Made by a program: the position numbers and the translations under genes. This document shows, piece by piece, positions 30,167-43,400 of a DNA stretch of 64,000 nt (the stretch's first letter is position 1; every line of letters begins with the position of its first letter). The notes under the pieces were generated by a model. It saw nothing but the letters and a program-made list of their open reading frames with translations. It was not told the origin of the DNA and made no database searches. Source of the DNA: Strigamia acuminata (lineage: Eukaryota). The stretch spans positions 23,126,001-23,190,000 of the forward strand of contig OX442314.1 in the NCBI GenBank assembly GCA_949358305.1. Reading direction: 5' to 3'.

Positions 30167-30563
30167 TGACGTCACACTTAATTACGGCCACTGGAATTGA
30201 CATGACGTGCATGGTTTATTCCGATTGGGCCGTTTCTTGGAGGCCTAACTCGAACCGCGCTCCCCATTGGTCAAGAAATCAATAATGGCCCTCTGGGTCG
30301 CAAAATCACAATGAGTGAAATTTTTTTTTTTTTTATCTTTTTTTACGATACGCTATTTTTTATTGAGAGAGTGGAGGTGGGGTAGACCTCCTCTACGTTT
30401 GCGGTTTCATCAATGGATGCCGTGAGATATAAAAGAGACCTTGTACTCAGACGCGGTCGTTTTCACAGCACAACACTGACCTATTATATTAGCAGTAGTT
30501 TGGTCACGGACTTGGCATTGTACAAATTTAGTGCCATTTTCTTTTCATTCCAGCGTTATTGAG
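30167..30563 (+). promoter_or_regulatory. Proximal TATA promoter and non-coding first exon of the CHH/ITP gene
   Basis: CRE TGACGTCA at 30167, ATTGG boxes, TATAAAA at 30428, donor ttgag|gtgagc at 30563. The coding exon opens with ag|ATG at 31093. Confidence 0.65.
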
Positions 30564-31092
30564 GTGAGCATTTCAACTTTACTCCATTTATTTATTTATT
30601 TATTCATTTATTCTACTTTTTGTTCCTATTTTTGGGATGTTTGTTCATCTAGCAGATAATTTTCATATCGAATTACCAAATCCTGTTTTTCAAAAATATT
30701 TTAAGATTTCTTTTTTTTTTTTTTTTTTTTCTCTTGATTTGTTTTCAACAAAATTTGAGATGAGAAAAATAAGTTTGATTTATGTGAAACTTGAAATGCG
30801 ACTAATATTACCAATCCCCATCTCAATTTTCCCCCATTACGCCACAATTTACCATCGATTTCCCTTCACATGTGAAAAAAGTAATTTGTTTCACACGTGA
30901 AATAAATTCGTGTCAAGTTTACCCAAAGTGTAAATCAACTTTAGGAATGTCGACCTTAACTCGTTAATCCTATAACGACTCATCTATTTTTAGTCCATTA
31001 TTTAACACAATTGAGCCCACCCCTCATTAGTTTTGTCCTTATTTCACCTGTCCATCACTTATTCACACCTGCATGACACTTTCTCTCTCCAG

Positions 31093-31657
31093 ATGAACCA
31101 TACATTGTTCTTCCGGGTATTTGTCGTCATATCGGCCACCATTGCATCGACGTGTCTAGTGAGTGCGCGGAGCTTAATCGACCACGAGCTGCACTTGGAA
31201 GATGCGAGTGGAGTTCATCATCTCAACAAACGTAGTTTTCACACCCTCGGTTGTCTAGGCGACTACGACACCGCCGGTTTCTCGAGGCTCGACCGCCTGT
31301 GCGAGGATTGTTACAACATGTACAGGGACTCGGAAGTGCGATCAATGTGCAGGTACAAATTCGGTTTTTTCCTATTTTGGACCACATTTTCTTTGATTTC
31401 TTTGTCTGAGTTTTGTTTTTTTATGTTTTTGTTTGAGTTTTGTTTTTTTATGGTTTTTGTTTGAGTTTTGTGTTTTTGTTTGAGTTTTGTGTTTTTGTTT
31501 GATTTCTTTGTCTGATTTTTGTGTTTTTGCGTTTTTGTTTTCTAGGGCAAGCTGCTTCACGACGGAAACGTTCAAGAAGTGCGCCGAAGCGCTAATGGTG
31601 AACCTCGAGGAGGAGAAGATCGGCGATATGATCAATCGGTTATACGGCCGGGACTGA
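31093..31657 (+). CDS. ITP: Ion transport peptide / crustacean hyperglycemic hormone family (type I) preprohormone
   Basis: Exons 31093-31352 and 31546-31657 encode a signal peptide, precursor-related peptide, KR cleavage site and mature SFHTLGCLGDYDTAGFSRLDRLCEDCYNMYRDSEVRSMCR|ASCFTTETFKKCAEALMVNLEEEKIGDMINRLY-GRD. Cys at positions 7, 23, 26, 39, 43 and 52 and the phase-2 intron at Arg40 are canonical. Confidence 0.93.
31405..31540. repeat. T-rich intronic minisatellite (tgagttttgt...tttttgtt, x4-5)
   Basis: Directly visible in the ITP intron. Confidence 0.7.
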
Positions 31658-33645
31658 CGTCTTGGTGGACGTTCGACATTCTTTCTCCTGGTTTCATTCG
31701 ATGAGCTTTCTTTTTGTGTTATTACTTTGTGTTTAGAAAAGATTCTCATCAAATTCCAAAACGGAATCTCAAATTTGCGCATCAGTATACGTGTTTTTGT
31801 TGTCTCGTTGTCGCAGCTACGTTTATTCAAAGGCCATATTTAAGCCTTTAAAAAAAATTTAAAATTTAAAAAAATATAAAAATAAAAAAATATAAAAAAA
31901 AATATATATATTTAAAAATGCGACGAGCAAAAATTCCAAAAAATATTTTTGGAAGCATTTTTGTGCCATATTTCTTTTTATTAATATAATTAATGTAAAT
32001 GTTTTAGAACTATAAATATTATATATATATATACACATAAAAGAAAATTATAAATTTTTTCCCCTCTTATTTATTTGCTGTATTTATAAAAATTATTAAA
32101 ATATGTCTTGTTTTTAATGCAGTTATTATTGGTGTCCTTCATATCACCTTGAATTCCTAACCGCCCTAATTGTGATTTGATGACAGGTAGACGGTCAAAA
32201 TAAAATAAGAGCTGGGTGGAAAAAACCGACCGATACCACCCAAGGGGCAGCTAATCGCACTTTTTATTCTTTCGCCGAGTATTATTAAATTCATGACTTG
32301 CACTTTTCAACACAACATCATGAGAACATTAAGCCTTATTAACTCCAATTTGTTCGTAATTTATAATATAAAAAAAAATTACACCAAAATTATTCCATTC
32401 TCTGTCCCCATTTCTTATTTACACAGAATAATCTATGCAAACAATATACTGTTATTCTAACAAACCCATACGGGGAAAAAATTACAGCAATAAAAATATA
32501 AACACAAAAAGCCCAACAGGTCTTTTGTGAAACAACAAACCCACACCTTTAATTTTCCAATTGAATTATCCGCTTTTCTCTCAGAAAATTAATCAAATCC
32601 CTGAATAAAAAAAAACTAATTCAAAACGAAAACTTGTTTACCGAGGCATTCCGCACATAAATTCTTAATATTTAATTATTTTTCCTTAAAACAATCTAAT
32701 CTTATAAAAAAAAATACATTTCTTGTCCCAATCCAGCCATTTTTCACCTGGGAAAATCTCCAAATTCACCATCAACAACGCGAAACTATTAGCGATTATC
32801 TTTGAAACAAGTTCCTCACGAGTGGCCAGGCAGTCTGGGCTGGTCCAAGGCTCGCGGACCCCCTCCTCGAGGAACTTGAGATCGTTGGTCATCATCGTGA
32901 GTCATTCGTCGATGGAATGTTGAGTCGGGAACACCGACCCAGCTTGTGTTCAAAGGATTGCGTGGGTTGTTTGTTTGAGTTGGTGAAGGGTCAACGAAGA
33001 GTTTTCTTAAGAATTTGAAATTTACCAAGTTTGGAAAAAAAATTGGGCCGACAGCGAGGCGCCATTTGTGTCACCTGATCGCCCCATCAGGTGAGAGGCC
33101 GTCAATAAAACGTCGAGATAATTACGGGCCTCTCAGCTGCTCCTGGTGATCAAAGGTGGACTCGAGTGCAATGCTCAGGTGGATCTTTGTCCTCCCGATG
33201 GATGACGCAATGACGTCTATTGGTTGCGTTGGCGAGCAAACTCGTACGATGTTTTTAATTCATTCTGCGGAAGTAATTAAATTGTCATTCCCGTTCTACT
33301 GGTGCAAAAATTACAAATAAAAGGAAAATTACTCAATTGGTTTTTTCCGACAAAAAGTAAAAAAAGAAAACGTGATTTCACCATTTTCGAAATCCGTGGC
33401 ATTGCCTATGCTTAGTAAATCCATAAAAGTGATTTTTATTGCTTCAGTAAATTCTCGTTATATAATGAAAATTACTTGAGCAACCTCTAAAAGACTCATA
33501 AAACGGGAGATAAAACTTTAAACAGGTTTAACTGTCTTACATGTAACCCTTGCCGAAAAAATTTACAATTTCCTGCATTAACTGACTTTTGGCAAAATAT
33601 TTTCTTCCCGATTTCCTTCTGACGTCATTGTTTCTCAAAAAAGTT

Positions 33646-36600
33646 TCACAATTCATCCTTTATTTGATTCAATTTCCAGCCAAAGAATTGATCGTAGCAC
33701 AATTTCGGTCCACTCGAGTGTTTACTGTAGGAATTTACATTTAGTTTTCCATGAGTAGCCGCCATTACAACTTCCCACGGGCGCCATGATAAGAGCGCCA
33801 TTTCCGGCGTTAAAAACTTTTTTTCTTTTTTTTTTGCTTCCCCATCGAATATGGCATCCAATAACTGCACATAGGAATCATCTTTCTCATTTTGCGCCGC
33901 GCAGACATGATAATTAGAAACGTTTATGTGCGCGATTACTAAATCGCTGCCCGAATGCGAATTCCATTGCGGACCGCAGATTAGTGAGAAATTCTTGCGA
34001 GTCAATTGTTTGTGGATCAAAATTGCCGGTTTCGGACTGATTAACAGTATCATGTGTGAAATTTCATGTTCGCACCGCCGCTCGAGCGTGGACGACTTGA
34101 GGCGAATTCCAACCCAGCTAGTTTTTATGTCCAACGCTTTGCCAGATTTCAAATAGAATTTCGTTGTTCGCCATTTCGGATGCGACGATCGAAGCACAGC
34201 AGCGCCAAACGTCGGGGTGAGCGAATTGGGCAACGGGTACGGTTGGTATTGCGCGAGATAAACGTCGGACGTGGAAACTGGTTTAATGCGAGACAAATGA
34301 ATCCGCAAATCCTCGTTGTAAGCCACGAGATGGATGAGTAATTGTGTCAGATGAGTTTGCAAGATGTCCACGATGACTCCGCACGAATCATAAAAATTGA
34401 CACGATCTGAGAAAAGTAACGAGTCAATCAATCGGCCATTACGATCTCAAATAATAGAATTTCTTTCGTCCGATCATATCATCAATGTAACCCCTTAACG
34501 GATTTTTCCGGGCTTACAACTATTATAACAAATGGGATGATAATCTCACTCAAGAGTACAGAAATCAATTTAATCTGTATTATATTCGGAGCTGACAATC
34601 TCAGCTCCGGGTCACGTTCCCAAAATCCTTTAGGCCTAAACTTGAATTGGTCTACGTGTTGTTTGTCACGCAGTGAAATAAAATAAAATTTCGATTATTT
34701 TTTTTCTTTCTCTTTTTTTTGCTTTTCAGATTTAATCCCTGCTGGGATTTATTAGGAAATAATAATTAATTATTTTTTTCGAGTGGATTTTCTACTACAA
34801 TTAAATTGAATTTTAAATTCAGTCGATGACCTATTTGATAATTAGCGTACCTGACCACGGTAATCGGGTCATGGCATTTTTTCTCTTTTTTGATCGGGTA
34901 TGGGCAGTGGGAAAAGGGGGAGGACGAAAATTACGCTTACAGACATAAAACAGACTTAAAATTAAAGTACCTAGTTCCGCTTCAAACTATATCGCTCGTT
35001 AAAAAATCTCGCTACCGTCGGCCATTAATGCAGAAATATACCGCTACGGCGGCGCTCTTGTGCATAAAACCGCACATGTTTATAAGATAAAATGCCGGGT
35101 GTATAGTAGGCGCATTCATAAAGTAATTTATACTAAACAGCATTTTAAACAACATATTTAAACTGCCTTTTAAACTGCTTAAACTGATCTAACTTCAAAA
35201 ATGGCAACTGATTTAATCTGTTTTTAGTCGCAGTGGGCATGCAAGTTAAACAAGACTTTATGAATGCTATCCCAAACTACTTTGAGGTGTACTACCAATT
35301 TGCGTAAAATAGCGGCATATTTCTATATTAATGGCTATGGCGCTCCCCCAGAAATTTAAAAAACAAACAAAAAAACAAGTATTTTTATGTTCTAATTGAT
35401 TTGCACTATTTCAGTGGAAAACTAGATAAACTAACTTCGCAAATGTCATAAAATAGCGACTGGATTAGCAAATTTAAGCCAATTTGTCATCACTTTGATG
35501 GTTAAGCCTAGATAAGCTTTTATTTACTGTACTGGAGGGATCCCAGATCCACCCAGCGTGAAGATTCACAAATTGGGAGTTACGGCTCCTATGTAGGACC
35601 AAATTAACAAAGCTAACATTTTTCTTTTTCATTTTCGAAAATTGAACGATCCGTTCAGTTTGATTGATAGATCAACACGAGAAGTTGTTTTATTCGTTAG
35701 TGAAGTGCAGGGAAGCTCTAGGGGCGATGGATGAGCAATGTCAATGCCAATTGCCGTTATGATTCGTTTGTTTTCAATTTCCTGATCCGTTCATTAATAC
35801 TCAACGGTAAACTATCAAATCATATTTTATAATTTCCAAAATGGTTAGGGTACGTTCAACTTCAACCAATAGTAGATTAGCAACTATTACCATAATAACC
35901 CAATAAGGAAAATGGCGACCAAATATTCGCAGGGAATAATAAATGGCCGCCCGTGCTGTCTCATTACTAATGTTTGATGGTTGAAAAAGTGGTTCCAACT
36001 TTGACAATACTTAAAAATGAGAAATGATTTACACCTACCATCGATGTCTTCAGTTTCATACATCACAAATGATATATCTTCAATATAACTCGAAGACCAT
36101 ATGGAATTTAACCACTTATAATTGAAATCACTAGAAACAGATAAATAATAAATAAATTAATTTCATTTTTATTTATTCACCAACATTTACCGAAATGTTA
36201 GCCAATGTCTAACGGTTTTTTTCCACAAATAATGATCAACGATGTAAAAATGCGAAGCGGCCATTTTGTTTAATTGATCGTGGAGTTGTTGGGCAGTTCC
36301 AGAACTTACTCCGAACGGTTTTTCGAGCGCAATTTTCAACGTCCCAGTCGTTTGGCAAAAATTGTTGATGCTTCTTACAACATTGGGATAATCTTTTGGT
36401 GGAATTGCGACGTAAAATATTCGCTGGTGCGGGTGCATTAGTGTTTCCTGCTCCAATTGCGAGCAGAATTTATTGTAATCATCACCAGATGCAAGTTGCA
36501 CGTAATGGATTGAGTCGTTTGATGTTACCGGTGTATCGATTTCTTGAAAGATTGATCGCAGTTTTGTTTGACCAACCACTTGTTCGCTCCTTCCACCGCT

Positions 36601-36777
36601 GAATAATCGAAAGTTCACGCTTTTTGTCCGCACCAAGTGGAGTACACTCGGCCAAATGTGTTTTTTAGCCAAATCGCCCGTCCCGCCTATGAAAATGAAG
36701 TCAGTGTCAATCAACTGCATATTCGAAGACACAGATGCAAAAATACAGGTTGTGGTGATCAACTGCACCAAATTCAT
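33646..36777 (-). CDS. H6PD: ER-luminal hexose-6-phosphate dehydrogenase-like protein (G6PD fold only, ~479 aa, C-terminal KDEL)
   Basis: Exons 36777-36191, 36130-36039 and 34406-33646 total 1440 nt. Hydrophobic N-terminus followed by GGTGDLAKK, RIFYVAIPP, LEKPFG, VDHYLWK, DILQTHLTQ and SGKALD motifs; ends IKDEL*. Confidence 0.85.
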
Positions 36778-37474
36778 TTTTATAAGCGCTATAAAAAGAA
36801 ATAAAAATTAATTAGTATCAAAGTTTTTAATTTTTTTTTCCATTCCTTTTTTACCGTTAATGGTGGACAATTTGCAAGCGCAAGTTCAGGTTTTAGAGAT
36901 GTCGCACCAAATTGACACTTTCCTCGTATATAAAATGTCATTTATTAATTCACGAGTAAATACTTAGTTGTCACGTGCTGTTTTAAACGTTAAAGTGTTG
37001 GAAAAGTTTGATATAAGATACTAACTTTGGATGCCATTACGTCGTCTCAAAGGACAGTTAGAGCGCTCTTTCCAAAGTGATAATTTCAAACCGCGCCATC
37101 TAATGCAAAAATTTAGCACTTGCGGTATAACTCAATTTGAGCAAAAAATTAATGACTTTTATTCGCATTTTTCTATGATAATAAAACAACAAAAGCTAAA
37201 TATCACGTGATTTTCTCGTTTCAATAAGTATATATAATAATAAAACGTAGAACGAACTTAATGGGATATTAAAAACTATTTCTTGAGCTTTTGAATATAA
37301 ATTTTTGCACTATTATACAATAAAAATTCCTCTCCCTTTCCACTTAAAAAAATAAAAATAACACTTAATTAGCCAAATAAAATTACACAGTCACACTTCA
37401 TACAAACGGAATTGCGCTGTTGTTGGCACTTTGTGAGTAAACTATTTTCTTTTTTAAAAAAAACAAACACATTA

Positions 37475-40400
37475 TTAACATTGATTAAGCTTTGACGAAC
37501 AGGCATCATCAGCAGTTGGCAGTTTAGTTTCAACTTCTTCGTCATCTTCCTCTTCTAAGGCTGAACAACTGAAACAAATCATTAAAAATATATTTTGAAG
37601 CTAAAAATTGAGCAAAAGTGAAATTTTCTGTACCAAAAATTAAATTTCCAGAAATTTGTCCCTTATTACAGTTCTAAAACCAAACTACCTTATTCTATCC
37701 TCTTCTAAATATTTAGTCAGAGCGTCCCGTTGTTCACAAATTTCTAATATTTCGCCTAAAATCCTTCCCTCCTCTTCAATTTCCTCAGTGGTCTTCTTCG
37801 AATCTACCCAAACAAACTCATTAAACAACTTCAAATCACAAACACATCAAACATCAACCTTCAATCGCCATCCGGTCACCGAGCGACTGCTGCAACCGAC
37901 TGTGCCGATCTTCCAACTCGAGTTCCTTAGCCCGCACGAGCAACTCCTCTTCCTGCCTCACTAAATTATTTTTCTCCCGAACCAAAGCAAACCACTCCTG
38001 CATCAACAACGCTTCATCTTTCTCCCCTTCTTCGCCTTCACCCCGCAACGCCTTCTCCACTTGCACACCCCGAAGTTCCAACTGTCGTTGTTTAACCTCA
38101 ACTTCCTCCAGCTGCCTCTGAATCTCCTGCGCCGTTCTCAGCCGCTTTTGCTCTTGTCGTTTGTACACTTTCCGCGCTATCCGCTGCAACTTCCTCAACT
38201 TTTCCGCAGCCAATTCCTTAAAAAAAAAATCAAATCAACATCAAATTAATTAAATCAAACCAATTAAACATCAAATTAATTAAATTAAACCAATTAAACA
38301 TCAAATTAATCAAATCAAACCAATTAAACATCAAATTAATTAAATCAAACCAATTAAACGTTTATTTATACCTTGTCCTTCGCTTTATCGGCTTCGTTCA
38401 ACACTTCTTCGTCACTTTCGGAAAAACTGTCCTCTATTTACGAAAATAAACAAAATCAACATCAAAATAATCAAAATAGCGATCAAAATTAGTTACCAGG
38501 CGCTTTCGGCGCCGATGCGTCGTCGGTTTCATCGGTGCTTAAAGATTTCGATTTTTCTTTACTTTTCCTCGCGTTCGATTTAGCAAAATTGGTCAAAATA
38601 GATAAAAATCCCTTGTGTTCTCTCTCCTTGCACTTGGCGCCGGCACTCGCTTCGGGTGCGTTTTTCCCTTTCCGCGTCTTCTTGCCAAACCCGGACCAAG
38701 TTGCACTTTTCTGCTTCGAATCCGAAGAATCGCTGGTCCGTGACGAGCGTTTACTCCCCGAAGATGACGACGAAGTGCTGCTTTTCATTCGCCATCTGCT
38801 GCTTTCATCCTTGGACTTGATCTGCAGTCCCAGTTCCTCGTCGCTCTTAAGCCGGGCCCGTTCCCGCGCTTGTTGCCGCGCCACTGCTCTCTCGCCGGAA
38901 CAAATCTCGCGTAGAATATCGTTCGCCATTTTGCCTTTCGATTTGCGCCCCGTACCGGCTTCACCCGCCGAATTCTCTTCGTCGTCAGCGAAAGGAATCT
39001 CCTCAACGATTTCTTTACATTTATTGTCAACATCCGAAGCGCATTTCTCCGTTTTCGGCTCGATTCGACTAATTTTCTTCTCTTTCGGCTCAATTAATTT
39101 ATTTTCGTCCTTTGTTCGTCTGCGGTTTTCAATCGTTTCTCTCACGTTGCTGTAAGGACTGACTTTCTTCGCAAATCGACCTTCGTATCTCGGCAACGGT
39201 TTCACAACTGTAATTGATGGTTCTTCGACTGATGTTGTTTGCGAGAACGTTTGAGCCGATTCGTCGAGCGATGACGCTTGCGAGACGGTTTGAGGTGGTT
39301 CTTCGAGCGATGATGCCTGCGACACGCTTTCGCAAAGTTCTTCCTCGAGTGTTGATGCTTGCGACACGTTTTCGCGTGGTTCCTCGAGTGGTGATAAGGT
39401 TTGCGATGCCGTTTCATGCGGTTTTTCGAGTAATGATGCCTTGGGAGCCGGTTCATGCGCTTCGTCGAGTGATGATGCCTTGGGAGCCGTTTCGCGAGGT
39501 TCTTCGAGAGGTTGCGAGATAATTTCAATCGGTTTTTCGATGGGAATTGTTTGCGAGACGACTTCGCTCGGTTTCTCTGCGGGTTTTTCTTGATTTTCTT
39601 CGCTTTTTTGGGGTTTTTTCTTTCGCCGTCTGATCGTTACGAACTTGTCGTCCACTTCGAATCCCTCTTCGACGGGCTCGTCGTTCACTTCCTCAGTTTG
39701 GTCGTTGGTGAGAACGGTTTCTTTGAATTCTATCTCGTGAATTTGGTCGTTTTTCTCGACGTTGTGTTCCTGTTTTCGTTCGTCCAAATACGACGTGACA
39801 GGCGACGTTCCGAGTTGCGGCGATTGATATCTGTTGTACACGTACGATGTAAATCCGCTCGTAGACGGCGGCGATATCGCGAGCATTTTCTGTTTTTCCG
39901 TGATCATTTCTAAGAAATTCTTGACGACTGGCTCCAATTTCGAAGGCGATTTGGATGTTGGATGCGGAAGTTTGTCGGGGGTTTGTGTTTCGCCCAACAA
40001 ATAACGCTCTTTGAGTTTCAGCGTGCGACTTACTCGCAAATCGTCTTCTTTCTTTGGTTCTTCGGTTTTAGCGTCGGTCTCGGCTAGATTTGGCAAACTA
40101 TTCGCCGATTCCAACTTTTTCTCCTCTTCTTCGACGGGCAACGTAAAGTTCTCAATAACTGGCGACTGCAGCGGTTCGACAACACTCCTGATCTCCAGCT
40201 CACGTCTTAGAGCAGAAATTCCACCTTTTCGAAGAACAACTCCTTTCAATTTATCATCTAAGATTTCGGGCTCTAGATCCAATTTTCCTTCTTCTAAATT
40301 GCCAAAAACTAAATTTGGAGTCTCTAGACACACATTATCGGCCTCTAAATTGCCAAAAACTAAGTTTTCAGTCTGTAGGTCCACTTCAGCTTCTTCTAAA

Positions 40401-43400
40401 TTGCCAAAAATTACATTTCCATTCTCTAGATCCACTTTTTGGGCTTCAAAATCCGGTATTTCTACGATTTTCGTCTCTACATCCGCTTTATCGTCCTCAA
40501 AATCCACTAAAAGTACGTTTTCGGTGTATCTCTCCGTTTTATCGTCTTCAAAATTTTCTAAAACAACATTTTCTTCATTCGATTCTGTACATATTTTACA
40601 CTCTTCGGTTTGGTTCTCTCTGATTTCCTCTTGTACCACGTCCGGTTTTGGAGTTAATTCCTGCTCGATCGATTCATCCTGCGGTGTTAAGTCGTTTTCA
40701 ATCGGTGTCAGCGCATCTTCGTCGCTTAGATTTGCTCGATCGTCAATTTTATACAATTCGTCAGATGATTCCATGAGAACTGGAGAGATTTCATCTGGCT
40801 GACTAGTAGCGAATTCATCAATTACAATGGACGGAATTTCGTGTATCGCATTTCCCTTTAAATTATCCCCCTCTTCCTCCTCGTCGTCGTCCTCATCTTC
40901 ATAATCACTGCTGCTACCACTCACAGATAATCCGTCCGATGTGGAAAAAATATCATCAACTGAAAAAAAAATTTAATTATTAAAAGCAAATTCAATTTCA
41001 AATTAATAAACAAAAATCTTTACCGACAGAACCCGTAGACGGACTCAACATTTCCCTATCGCTTTCGAATAATTTAAAACATTTTCCTTCGTCCCTTTTG
41101 CCGTCCGGCGACGGTGTCCATACTTCACTACCACTCGCAGCTCCTAATTTAAGTATTTGTTCAGAGAAATGTGTGTTATTTGATTTCGATGATGATTTAC
41201 CTTCATTTTCGTACACTTCGTAGCTGTACTCGTCGTCGCTCTCCACATAATCCTCGTCAGTTTCTTCTAATAAACTTTTATCCACCGGATCCTGAATGTG
41301 TTTACGTTTCCAATTTTCAGTCAGCCAGCGCGTTTCTTCTTTGATTGACTGCTCTAAAGCTTCTTCGAGTGCATTTTCGTCGTCCGAATTATCTTCAGAA
41401 CTGAAGAAATCATCAATTTCAATTTCATCTTCGTATTCTTTATTTGATTTGGTGTTATCTTCAAAAATACCTCAAATCCGATTCGTTTTCAGACGTGGAT
41501 TCAAATTCCGTGGCTGAAGTGCCGAAATTTCTATCGGTCCATTCATCTTCGTCCATTTCACTCAGGGTTTCGTCTTCTGTCGCTTGATCCAGAATACTAT
41601 TTTCAAATTCCGCTCGTTCGGGCGTCGCACCTAACGGAAATGCAATGTGCAATCAAATCCCCACAGAAATTACTCGAGAAATAAATAAAAGAAAATAAAA
41701 GTGGTGATTTGGAAGAAGAAAAATCACAAGTTTCAAATTCAATTTATTTTCCCAACAAAAAAGAAGAAAAAAGCGAATAAAAACAGAAAAAATAAACGTT
41801 TGAAAAAGCAGATAAACAAATAAATAAATAAATAAATAAATATAAGCTCAAAGAAAGCAAGTTTAAACATAGCAACGAGAGTGAATGCAATGTTCAATTC
41901 TGCGCCACTCGTCCGATAGAACATTGAAGATAGGCGAGAGTAAAAGAATAAAAATTTTCTCAGAATCGAGATCGTATCGAAACACATGCCAGCAGGTGTA
42001 CGATGCGAGTGCAATAATCACAGCACCACAAATGGTGAAAACAAACAGAAATTTCAGTATATCACGAAATAGCCACAGCATTTTACCTCGCAGCTGGTCA
42101 CCAGCACTATCCACAACTGTCAGCCTTTGCACGGTTCCTTCTGCTTGAGTTGCCAACGCCTAAATCGTATTTATCGAATGTTTAAAATATACAATTTTAA
42201 TTTATTAAGATATTAAATCAGTTCCTGGACAAGGACACAGCGACTGAGGCAAAGTACAAAACCAAATTTACGGTTTTTAACTAGAAAACCTTTTTTCGTT
42301 TTATTATGACCATTTTTATGCACAAAATGCATTATTTTGTGCCTAAAAAAAGCATTTTTTCGCACTTTTTCATTGAATATTTGCCTCGGCTGCTGAAAAC
42401 CCTCGTCCCACCTCCGATTTTCATTAATTTTCACCTTTACTACGCCCCTAACAAGCTGTTTCTTGGAGAAATTGAGAGGCATTCCAAAATGTTGCATGCA
42501 TAAAAAGCGCCCTGTAAAAGAAGCACAAATTTTTTCTGTAAAAAAAAAACAAACAATTATTTCTTTTACACTCTACCTCCGTAATTTCCATCAGCTGTGT
42601 ATCCATAACTGCCTAAACGCAAACTAGTTCCGCAATACTCGCACTTAAAACAACCCCGATGAAAGAATTTTCCTTGCGCGCTCAGACGTTCCATTAAGTA
42701 AACGCGCCGTAAACAAAAATGACATTTCTCACTTCCTCCGGATTCAACCTGAGGTCTAACATTCTAAAAAATAAAAAAAAATAAAAAACAAACATTAAAG
42801 CACACGTAAACAAACTCAATTAATTGCAACCGTTTGTATGAGTGGCGGATGTTCTTGTTTCGGCTCCAAAACCGACGCCAATTGTTCCGCCATGACGGAC
42901 ACTTTATTGCTCCCTCGTTGCCCCGTCTCTAAAGCGCTCCCTTCTTTCAATTTGCGATCGAGTTGGCGCAATCGTTGATCAAAATCGGAAAACTTTTCCT
43001 TGTCCTCACTCCCGCGTGATTTATAATCCAAAGATTTTAACTAAAATAAAAAATAATAATAATTAAAAAAAAAAACCAATTTAACTAAAATTTTCCTACT
43101 TTGTCTTCGAAACAATCGCGATTCCATTTAGGGACACCTTCAACTGCCTTTTTAGGCTGCTGCCGTTCCTTCAGTCGTTCCTCGAGCATCTTAACGTTCC
43201 AATCGCCTCTTTCCAGACGGCCAACTTTAGTATTAGCATGCACTTCGTTCGTGATTCGATTTAAAGCCGACGAATGGAGATCCAAGTCGAGAGAGCCGCG
43301 CCGAAGCGCCCGATCCGCCGAGTGAGTATCATTCGTCCCGGATAATAAATTTTCAAGTGTTTTAATGCGGTCTGAAAACGGAACGGCTTTTCCTTCGCCG

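Noticed and set aside
38535..40802. Long plus-strand ORFs antisense to MICAL
   Set aside because: Shadows of the acidic, low-complexity coding exon; no start context or recognisable domain.
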